From contig CM060732.1 of assembly GCA_030704615.1 (NCBI GenBank), forward strand, positions 24,986,001-25,050,000: a stretch of 64,000 bases of DNA, read 5' to 3'. Shown piece after piece: positions 49,057 through 59,064 of this stretch; positions within the stretch are counted from its first letter, which is position 1; the number at the start of each line of letters is the position of its first letter. This DNA is from Takakia lepidozioides (taxonomy: Eukaryota > Plantae > Bryophyta). The notes under the pieces were generated by a model. It worked only from the letters and a program-made list of their open reading frames with translations. It was not told the origin of the DNA and made no database searches. The translations under genes were made by a program, and so were the position numbers.

Positions 49057-52000
49057 ATGGCGGAAAACCCGAGCGCTACAGTGTACTGCCCTCCTCACGA
49101 GCATAGAGCTTCATTTCCGTGCAGAGGGGAACACCTGCCGGGTGATGGAGAAATATCTGTGCGTTCGATACCACCTGAAACCGGGGTCGGTTTTTTTGGA
49201 GGAGGAAAGGAAGGACTCAAACGGCCTTGTTGTCGAGAGTATTGTTGTGCTCCACGATGATTTCGGCGATGGCAGGGAATGGCGAGTTCCACCATCGGAC
49301 AGCGTCATATACAGGGCTGTTGGGGACTTCATTTGCCCGCCAAATGCACCGTCTATCCTGGCGCCTTCCACGAAACAATCCGCGAATCAGAGAGTGGGTA
49401 CCTCAAAGAGAGAAGTCCGCAACGAAGTAAATCCAGAGCCGAACCCATCCATGAAGACGACGAGAACCGGGTTGTTCACAACCTGTCCGACTCAGACGAG
49501 GTCATGGAAGTTCCGAGGTCGTCCTGGAGATCAGGCAAGTCCTCAATGGACGTCAGTGGAGGAGGGAGTCATATTCCCAGCACGAGCACCGCAGTTCGAT
49601 CTATTCTAGAAATTCTGCGAGGGCTTCACCTGGAGGGACACCGGTCGGAGCTGGCCGGGCTGGACTACAGCAAGTTCGCAATTAAATCGGTTACATGCCT
49701 TCCCGCCGACGTCGACGGTAATGATCTTCTTTGAGTTCCCTCCTCGGGCGGACTACTCGAGGGCGTCCGGAATGTTGACAGATATGGATAGAAAACATGA
49801 CGGTCATCCTTGGTGCGTTACCAAAACCACCAGCATGAAGATGCTTGATGGTGTGCGGGTGCGCTACGTTGTTTGTGCGGGCGCGTTGCGGTGTTTCTCC
49901 CCAACTTGCTTCCACTTTAAATCCAGAGGTCACAGGAACGAGACCGATTGGACAGGCACAGCTCACCAACCATTTCGAGCTCAGGAGAAGGTTCCGAACT
50001 CCACATTTTAAGTGTGCGCATTGCAAAGAACCACCACACTGCATGTCTGTTTGTAATGCCAAGCAGTTCTATGTGTTGCACCGTTTCCCTGACCTCACCC
50101 GAGCTTGCATACACGTTGGTTCCCATTGTCACAAATTGGCGAGGGGGAACTCGCGGGAGGCTGCCCACGAAGCAGAGCAGCTCGTTCAGGAGGAGGTTAA
50201 GTTGAGACCGGGTGCCAAACCCAAACAGATACAGCTCCAAGCCGCCCATAAGATGGCATTGGCCAGAATTATGTCGGAAGACGGCTCGGATAGAGTTCCT
50301 CTCGACGAGAAGGAAATGGAGGCATTGCTCGAGTCGGTGTCCCACGTATGTTCACCGAATGTCCGAAACCACATTGTCTCTTGCAAACAGAAAATTGGGC
50401 GTGGCTCGGATATGCACTCCATTCTGGAGGTGAAGCGACGATGTGGATATGACTACATTCATGGAAGTAGGTTTCCAGGACAAGGGACTGAGGCAGATCG
50501 TTGTTTCGTATTCAAAATGTCCACGTGTGGACCTGGCAGTGGCGTCGAACTGGTCGACAGGATGACGAGTGGGAACTTGTCAAACAGTTGGGTCATGTTC
50601 GACCATATCAAGCGAATTACAAATCACCAGTGGGTGACAATGGGTGCACATGTCTACGACACCCACTGCAGGATGCTAATGACAATTGCTATTTGTGAGA
50701 TGAAAGGAGAGGACACACAATCGGAGATGCTTCTTTGGCAGGGAATAAACGAACAGATGGCCAAGGCGGGATTGCCCCCTCCCAATTTCCGTGGTTTCAT
50801 GGCGGACAACGCACAAGCAAATTGGGCTGCCATCCGAAGGGTGTACGGGCAAGACCCCAATGTTCCCATGGAAGGCAAGGAGAGATCTTGTGGGTTCCAC
50901 TTTCTGCAGAGCCTTTCGCAGTACACAACCAGGCTCGTGGCGCCAGATTTCAGAGAGGAGCACCGTTCCATGTGCCTTGCGTGGAAGCGCGCTCCCACCT
51001 TGGATGATGCAGAGACACAGTTTGCATGCATACGGGCTTGGTGGACATCGTCAGGTGCTGTAAGGAAATCAGACGAAGGAGCAATGGTCAGTTGGCTAGC
51101 ATGGTGGCATTATCGTTTCCTCCAGTTCGGCGACTATATGCGGGAGGTGAGTTGCACGAATTCGCGTCCCGTTGGATATTATTCTTGGCCATATTTGTAA
51201 CTTGCTTGTAACCTCAACATGTGCTTGTGCAGGAAATGTGTCTCGACTCCGACACCGACATGCCCACGACAAACATGGCCGAATCAGTGCACTCTTCCTG
51301 GCGTGCCTCCTCTGCGGCGCATCTGGTGGACATCCTCACTGCCACAACGGAGGACATTGTGAGGTCAATTATGCAGCAATGCAGGTACAACGAGTTCTTG
51401 AAAGGGAAACAGTGGGGCTTGGGCCGGACAGGCAGGAAATGCTGATGCGGACTGCCTCCAGATCGAAGAATCCTCGGAAGTGGGCGGCGGCCTTGCGAGA
51501 GGGCCTTCGGGACACGCCATTGCTGCGAAGAGGCCAACATTTGGAAGGAGATGTTCATACCCGTCCAGTGAGACGAAGACTTGACGAGGCACCTGGCGGA
51601 GAAGAGGATTCATGGCGAGCTGACAAGAATATTCGCACGCTCCCTCGTGGTCCGGTGATGTTGTCCGAGGAGGTCTCGTCGAGCACCGGAAGTCCTGCAC
51701 GTTCAAGATCGCCATCTCCTTTGAGCACAGGGCGCGTGCCCCGGCAACATAACGAGCCATCTGTAGTAAAGCAATACAACATTCCCATTGTGGAGACAAG
51801 AGTGTCGGAGTCACAGTGGAGAATTGCGAGGACATTGCCGGCATTTCGAGGGAAGTGTTGCGCCATCCGGGTGGATACGAGAGCACGCTGTGGTGAGATG
51901 ATTCGGAGGAACCCACACGGTGCTGTACCTGCACCTTGTTTCAGCGGCAGATTTTTGACTCCCACATTTGCTCACGCCACAACGCAGACATTTTGGTTCT

Positions 52001-52650
52001 GTAGGCACGACATAATGACCTGTGTATTTGGCAAGCCCAAGTACGGGATTCAGGGAATGCCGGAGCCTCCGGGCGTCTGGCCTGTTGCACCGGGTTGCAG
52101 CCTCTCTCAGAATGAGGCGGATGCTCTATCTGCAGCAGGATTTCGAATGGTGCAACGCACAGACATCCCGGCCCACGCATTTCCGGTTCCTCAGACCCAG
52201 CCATTGCATACTGCTCGGTCCAGTAGAGACGGATTGGACAATTCTGCACATCCCACAATGCGATTCGGAAGAGTGAAGAGACGACACCCTCCCAACAAGT
52301 TGAATGAGACTCGGATTGCCAATGCTCTTGGGATGGCTTGCACTATTCAGAGCTCCGTGGACGTACCCCCACCCGGCCTTGGGCGTGTGTATCGGATGGC
52401 AACGGCCGGCTCGGCTGTACGCGACGATGTATACACAATTACGATTGGAGTGGAGCCGACTTGCAACTGTACGGACTTCTCGTTGATGGAAGCAAAGAAG
52501 GGTTCGAAGTATTATCCGTGCAAGCATCTGTATTACATTTACCTGAAGAGGTTGAGGATGAACGTGACTATTGATGACTTTATTCATGCACCGGCGTTGA
52601 GCGTGAACGAGCTGCACAAACTCCTTCTTAGGGATTCCAGAAATCATTGA
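49057..52650 (+). CDS. MULE-family DDE transposase with N-terminal WRKY/GCM-like Zn domain and C-terminal SWIM finger (frameshifted as assembled)
   Basis: WVMFDHIK (first D), FRGFMADNAQA (second D), CGFH (CxxH), TTNMAESVH (E) after an intron at ~51148-51232. SWIM CNCTDF...PCKHLYYI. N-terminal CAHC...C...CIHVGSHCH. Confidence 0.85.
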
Positions 52651-52799
52651 TGGGGCAAACGGAATCCTCCATATGGATATTTTCAAATGCATTTTGCTGT
52701 ATCAGACTTTTTTTTTGCAGTGTAATGAAATGCACCCCAAAACTCCTGGAATGAGGCAATATTCCATTCAAACTGAGATCCAACAGAAGCAGTTCTGGG

Positions 52800-53165
52800 G
52801 CCATTTCTGGAAAAATGGCGCCGAATTTCTTTTTTTGGGGCCGAAAACTCGCCAAGTCCCAACATGCACTGGTACCTGTGTTTGGGAAAATGGCGCCGAA
52901 TTTCTCTTTTTGGGGCCGAAAACTGGCTAAGTCCCAACATGCACTGGTACCGTGTCTGGAAAAATGGCGCCGAATTTCTCTTTTTTGGGCCGAAAACTGG
53001 CTAAGTCCGAACATGCACTGGAAAAATGGCGCCGAATTACCTGTCATGAGGGGACCTATAGCCGCGGAATTCGGCACCATTTTTCGCCAGAGAGACCTAT
53101 TGCCGCGAAATACGTCGCCGTTTTTTCAGGTTACGGACCCTATTACCGCGAAATTCGGCGCCATA
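52800..53165. repeat. Subterminal array with 5 GGCGCC cores and GGCTAAGTCCC motifs
   Basis: GGAAAAATGGCGCCGAATTTCT...GGGCCGAAAACTGGCTAAGTCCC units of ~75 bp. Confidence 0.9.
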
Positions 53166-53431
53166 TTTGCACATGTCGCTAGGAATTGGCATGAGCGGAA
53201 GACAAAATATCATGAGCACAACTGTCAAAAGTGCAATTTTCCCTTCAAGGGGCCGAATAATATATTTGTTTTTTCTGACACATTGCATTAAATTATTGTT
53301 TTTTTTATTGTTTTTTATTGTTTTTTATTTTCGAAATTTGTACTTCTGCTCATGAAAACCGATTGTGTTACTACTCTGCTCATGCCGCTCATGCCGCTCA
53401 TGCCGCTCATGCTCATGAAATAGCAAACCTC

Positions 53432-54457
53432 GCTGCAAGGGAGTACAGAAGGGCTATGATTATGCCCTTCGACCAAATTCCCATTGTGTTGGATTTGGTT
53501 TGGAAAGAATTAAGTCCTCCGCAGTCATTGGCACATTACTATCAAATCATGCGCATTTGGCTGCCAGTGGCAACTAGGACTAAAGTTCTTCCGAACAATC
53601 GACCAATTGAGGATCATCACTTTGCACAGTACTGGCATGAGGCAGGTACCATGTTGAAGGAATTAATTGCCTTCCAAGTTGTACATGGATTCATTTATAC
53701 CAAGACCAAGGAGGTAGCAAGTATTGTCATGGGATGCGGGCTATACTACGCTGCTTGTTTTCTGGTACGTTATCACATTGAGCAGCACAAGATGCAATCG
53801 CGCTTTCTGAGTTATTCCAGTGGGGATCATTGGGTCTTACCTTCAATGCCACCTCATATGTACCTATATGAGGCAAAAGTTATGATACAAAAGGATTCTC
53901 AAATTCGTTCATGGTTTCATGAGGCCTGGAACAATTTGTCAACACAGAAATTCGGCATTGATGATATTTTCTATAAGGGACATGTGGCATGGAAATACTT
54001 GCACAATTCACAAGTCATTGGTACCCCACTCACCTGGACAGACAAGGAGCTCGGGGTCTTCACCAATTTTGCCATTCAGCGTTTACAGCAAGTTTTGAAA
54101 TATAAACTTCCAGACATGGTAGGACAACATTGTATGCCCCAGAGGATTCCACAAAAAGTTCGACAATTAAAACACCTGAGAGGCGATGAGGATTCTGATA
54201 CAACTGTTTCTTCAGCGGACTCTTTTGACATGGGAGAAGACTATGCAATTCAGATGGCAGAAAAGAAGCAACGGGGGTCTCATATGCCTGAAAGGTTACC
54301 TCGATATCAGCCTCCAGAGGGCCTCACATATCCAGGTAGTGTTCAATCATCTCCGTCAACCAGTGACAGACCTCGGGCTCGTACACACAGTCCGCCACGA
54401 AACTCTCAACGTCAGAAAGGTGCTCGATCACAAAGGTTTGCTAATCCCAATCAATAA
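53432..54457 (+). CDS. 3' extra ORF of the retroelement, C-terminal part
   Basis: Open for about 340 aa up to just before the PPT. Highly similar to the paralog at 60115-61413(-). Confidence 0.85.
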   Translation, partial: AAREYRRAMIMPFDQIPIVLDLVWKELSPPQSLAHYYQIMRIWLPVATRTKVLPNNRPIEDHHFAQYWHEAGTMLKELIAFQVVHGFIYTKTKEVASIVMGCGLYYAACFLVRYHIEQHKMQSRFLSYSSGDHWVLPSMPPHMYLYEAKVMIQKDSQIRSWFHEAWNNLSTQKFGIDDIFYKGHVAWKYLHNSQVIGTPLTWTDKELGVFTNFAIQRLQQVLKYKLPDMVGQHCMPQRIPQKVRQLKHLRGDEDSDTTVSSADSFDMGEDYAIQMAEKKQRGSHMPERLPRYQPPEGLTYPGSVQSSPSTSDRPRARTHSPPRNSQRQKGARSQRFANPNQ

Positions 54458-54478
54458 ACCGTGAGGACACGGCTTTTT

Positions 54479-54492
54479 GAGAGGGGAAGGGG
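54479..54492 (+). promoter_or_regulatory. Polypurine tract
   Basis: GAGAGGGGAAGGGG just upstream of the 3' LTR. Confidence 0.85.
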
Positions 54493-54495
54493 TAA

Positions 54496-55488
54496 TGTTA
54501 GAGGACTGTCTGGGACTTAGACACTTATACGGGATCTGTGGGGTACCCTTAATTTTTGCACAGACTGAGACCAACAGGAGCCTTAGGGGTGACAGCAGCG
54601 CACTTTAGGGGGGGTTACACAGCCCGTCACAGCCAACACAGCCCGACACAGCCACACAGCCAGTCACAGCCTGACACAGCCCGTCACAGCCAACACAGCC
54701 AGTCACAGCCCGACAAAGCCAAACACAGTCGCACAGCCAGTCACAGCCCGTCACAGTTTCACACAGCCAGTCACATCTTGACACAGCTGTCACGACCATA
54801 GGGAACGGATAGCAGGATAGGGAACGACTGTGGGGAACAACACCTGCGAATGGAACATGTTAGTTCACGGACGACGGTTAGTGAGGGAAACGGTTAGAAC
54901 AACAGGTAGGAAGATAAAGCTAGGAGCAAGGACTGAAAGGGGATTCTTGGTTCACTTCGGGGGGGGGGGGGGATCACTGCTGGAAGGAGTGGGAGGAGCA
55001 CTTCTTGGGGAAGACTTCGGACATCACTGGAGAAAAGGAGGAGAGAGCGTATCTCTGAGCAGAAAGAGGGAGAGCACGGAGTATGAGGAGGATCTGTTGA
55101 TGCTTAATGAATGCAGGCAGTAGAATTGTAATGTAGAGCAGATTAGAGACTCCATGGCTTCAGCCTGATACTTGATAGATATTAATCTGATACACACCTC
55201 ATACTCACACTGTGTAGAGAGATCTGAGTGAAGCTGTGGAATGAATTGATGAGTTGATGGAATCCGATAAATTGATGAAGCAAACTAATACTTAATTACC
55301 AGCAGTAAGGTAACTAGCTAACATGAATGCGGGAAGGAAAACAAATAGGAAACACCCCCATGATACACTAGCTGTAGGTCATGACTGATTGTTCTGAGCG
55401 GGCTGAGTACTTAGAGATTTCCAACTCTTCTATCTTGGAGTTTCCGCCTCGGATAGCGAAGGGATGGGTGAGTAAAAGCCGCGCGACA
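54496..55488 (+). repeat. 3' LTR
   Basis: Matches the 5' LTR and is followed by TSD CCACT. Confidence 0.95.
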
Positions 55489-55639
55489 CCACTGTTAAGT
55501 GGCTGATATGTCTATTTATTCTTTTATGACAACGACCCTAGGGGTCTTGTTTTTGTCTTGACATGACAAAAAGTATCTTCCCTCTTTTTTTTGCTGCTCA
55601 CAAAAATAAACAAACCACAAGGGAGAGAGGGTGCAGAAA

Positions 55640-56280
55640 AAGTTAAAAAGATTGTACTCAAAAGACGTTGTTTGCCGTAGCCTTGTGGCCATTGACCCCG
55701 CGCCCAGTTTGAGCGGAAACAAAAGGGACAGAACCTGCCTTTTTCCGGGGCTAATGTTGAAAATAAGACTTACCTTCATATATGGAATTAATCCGGGTTT
55801 TCCATATATCCTCTAGAAATCCCTTCACACAAGCATCAATCTGCTGTGCCTTTGATAGATTTGTAGAGAACGTCTCTTTGGTGAGAGAACCCCGGACAGT
55901 GTATCAGAAAATGAGTATTGTCTTCAGATTGCCCACACAACGGGCAATTGCACTCTCTCTTTCCTCTCTGCTTATGTTTGTTGTTCAAAGGTAGGCTTCC
56001 TGCCCTGAGTTTAAATTTCAGTCTAGTGCCAAGAGTGGGTAGACCCTCGAGGTCATCCAAGATGTCCCCATGTCACTGACTGGAAACAAGTTCAGGGAAG
56101 TTTTTTGCCTAACTTCATTTTCATCAGACAATCTCATGGCAACAGACATGGCTTTGGACACTATAGCCTCTAAGTCAGATTTATCAACCCATATTGCAGA
56201 TCCGTACTCCAAGGTAGGTCTAATAATGCGACAAAGCATGGTTTTCTTAACCTCAGAGTTGACCCCTCTGCAGAAAAAGT
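55640..56280 (-). mobile_element. Truncated, internally deleted LINE of the same family as 7255-8512
   Basis: IIRPTLEYGSAIW (post-RT motif), GTRLKFKLRAG...CPLCGQSEDNTHFLIHC, and the same 3' end TGTACTCA...GCCGTAGCC. Confidence 0.75.
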
Positions 56281-56499
56281 TAAAAAGAGAGAGGGAGAGG
56301 GAAGATATTCATGTCATGTCAAGACATGGACAAGACCCTACTAGGGTCATTGTCAATTAAAGACATAAACAGCCCATAAACAAGGCACCATCTAACACTT
56401 CCATTCTAGTCATGACTTCCCAATTGATTTCACCCAATCATTCATGATAAAACAAGGTGGGAGGGCGGGGTTTATTCATGTTCAAATTCATGTAAGTAA

Positions 56500-56975
56500 C
56501 CCAAGACATGCATCATGCAAGGCTCCTTGGGTAGGTAAGAATAGCATGTCCTACTACAGATTCAGGATATGTTCATATAAGTACCTTGAAGGACCAGCCA
56601 GCAATTAATCAGATTTCAAGCATGCAACCAAGTAAACTTCTTGGGCATGACAAAACATATTGCAGCTTCACTCTTTGCCATTTGTAAATACCCAAAGACA
56701 TGCATCATGCAAGGCCCCTTGGGTAAGTAAGAACAGCCTGCCATACTAGAGATTCAAGATATGTATACACAAGCATCTTGATGGACCAGCCTGCAGTTTA
56801 TTAGATTCCAAACATGCAACCAAGTGACCCTCTTGGGCATGATAAGACAGACTACAACTTCATTCTACACCATGTGTAATTGCCCCAAGATATGTACCAT
56901 GTAAGGCATTTTGGCATGGAAGAAAGGCCTGCCATATTACAGGTTCAAGATATGGACACACAAACACTTTGAGTG
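56500..56975. repeat. Diverged tandem repeat, about 2.5 copies of ~192 bp
   Basis: CCCAAGACATGCATCATGCAAGGC recurs at ~56500, ~56691 and ~56884. Confidence 0.75.
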
Positions 56976-57575
56976 CCCGAGACCAAGCCCACTTGGCCAA
57001 AAAATAAATCATACATTGCAAGTGCTTGGTCTGATGGCAAAATCAGGTAAATAATCTCTGGCAGAGGTCCAGTAGAGCTTACCAACACTGTTTTCCAAGA
57101 GGTTTATGCCAGGTTTTGCAAATAAACCTCACTATGTTCCATTCCACATCAAATCCAGGCCTGAAAGAGGCCTGTCATTGCCTTATCAGGCTGCCATCTT
57201 TAAAAACAGGGCCTCCTCATCCTTAGAACCTAACAGCCATTGATGCCTTTACCCATAAACCATAACTCCTCTTTTAAGGCCAAAACAGTATCTAGTTTAA
57301 AAATCCACAGGCAATGCTATCAAAGATTCAAGACAAGGTAAGGTCCAGATGTTGGGCTTCAAGAGACAAGCCTGCCAGGCCGAAGTGCTCCATCAAAGGC
57401 AGCAAAACATAAGTCAAAAGTAAGCATCAGCATGCCAAACCAGGAGCAAGCGGGCCAAAATCGGGGCTGCAGGCAGCAGCCAAGTCAGGACGCCATACAC
57501 AATAGGTTCCCTTTGCCCACATCCTTATCTGCAAGCTCAAGATAATTCAAAGCAAGTAGGGATCCTCACCTGGTC

Positions 57576-57790
57576 CACTAGAGGAAAAACGCATAATAAC
57601 CACTGGCCCTTTAACCACTACTGTTTTTTTCCACTCTATAATCCACTAATAACCACTTGCTTCAACCTCTTTGATGTCGTTTTGTCTGGCCCATGTAGAG
57701 ACTGTTTGCAGATGGGTAAGCAGCACCTACTGATTGAGACAACTAGATGGTGGTACCACTAAAAGTTATTGTCCAATAAACACTACTTAT
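57576..57790. mobile_element. Possible CACTA terminus remnant
   Basis: CACTAGAGGAAAAAC followed by repeated AACCACT motifs. No partner TIR was found. Confidence 0.35.
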
Positions 57791-59064
57791 TTATCATCTA
57801 CCCTGCCTTAATGAGATTGAGGGCAAGAGGCTAAACTGTTGTTCTTCTACATTCCTGTCATCACAGCCAGCTTTCCACTTCGTAATATTCTTTCATTGAT
57901 CATTTCCATGTAGAACCAAACATCCACACTATAGGTAACAAAGTATCAAACTGCTAAGAAACAGATCCACATTTTGCGGCGGATTGCATTCGCCATGCTA
58001 CTGCCATTTGTGCAATGTGGCAATGTGGCACCTTGCTACAGAAGGCGCCATTCACAAATCTCCAAAGCCTCCCTGCGCACCCAGTACATAAACAGAGTAC
58101 ACATTAGTTTCCCACTAATTCTGAAATTCATCTTCATGCCCAAGCAACACGGTTTCTCTTTCAAACTTCAGAGTCCCCTTGGTTTTCAGACTTGGGCCAC
58201 AAAAGAATCCATGAAGGAAGGTTATGATCTCGGTTGCTTGGGGAGCCAAGAAAGAGAGAGCTACTCTTGGAGATATTTTGGGGGAAAACAGTAGCCACAT
58301 GCAAGATGCACTACATGTGAACACTTCCTGGATGTGCTTGGTAAGAGAGGCATAATCTGAGGATGGGAGGGGTGGTCAAGGAGAGAAAAGTTGTGGTGAA
58401 AGATTGGGTTACTTCTGTCTTGTAGAAATTGTTTTGCCACTTTATATTCCAGCTTAGAGTCGATCACATGTATCAAAACTTCTTTGGTATAATGTATCTT
58501 CTTCCTTGGTTGAGGATGGTGCAGATGCACACAAGAAATATAATGTCTACTTTACATGGGCTGGACATTATCCCCACAAAAAGGCACCAAAAATATCTAC
58601 ATTTGTACAGTTTTGAAGTGTTCAAGATTGGTTATGTCGCGGCCCTTTGCCTTGGGGGCAGGGGGTCAGGATAAGAGGGGTCTGCCCCTGTGGTGGGCGC
58701 AGTGGCAACAATAGGTACGGGGGATGAAGCACCTTGAGTGCCCAAGGCACTCAAGGAGGCGGAGGCGCTCACTAGGTGGAGCCCCGCACACCGGGTTGCG
58801 GTGGGGGTGGGTCCACGAGGAGTGGTGGTAGCTTAGTGGGTCTTAGTGGGGGTGGCATAGGACTCACCATGGGGCGGAGACCTTGTGGTGGGAGTCGTGG
58901 GGAGTCTTGGGACTCATCACGGTCCATTGGGGCCGTGGTGGGTGGGCCAAGACTCACCGCGACTCATCACTGGGAGTCGAGGGTTTTCGTGGTGGTTCGC
59001 CATAAAATGAGTGGGTTGTTTGTGAAACCCCCGCGGACAGTCACAGAAGTATATAGGGAGTAGT

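Larger units (their letters stand above)
40050..53431. mobile_element. Mutator-like element (MULE) with transposase and ParB-methyltransferase cargo gene
   Basis: TSD GCTGCAAGG (40041-40049 and 53432-53440; 8-10 bp possible because of a G run). Imperfect TIRs GGGGCTGCTATTTCATGAGC... and ...GCTCATGAAATAGCAAACCTC with CATGAGC repeats. Removing the element restores the host ORF. Confidence 0.92.
29060..55488 (+). mobile_element. Full-length Ty3/gypsy non-chromovirus LTR retrotransposon (Phygy/Selgy-like), about 13 kb plus a nested 13.4-kb MULE
   Basis: Two near-identical TG...CA LTRs, perfect 5-bp TSD CCACT (29055-29059 and 55489-55493), PBS, PPT, domain order gag-PR-RT-RH-INT, no chromodomain. 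Confidence 0.95.

Noticed and set aside
53318-53431. ORF N-terminus with AHAAHAAHAH repeat
   Set aside because: Chance in-frame read-through of the MULE right TIR (CATGAGC repeats) into the interrupted extra ORF.
58635-59039. Possible solo LTR (TGTCGCGG...CCGCGGACA, GC-rich)
   Set aside because: The flanks do not give a convincing TSD and there is no second copy in the window.
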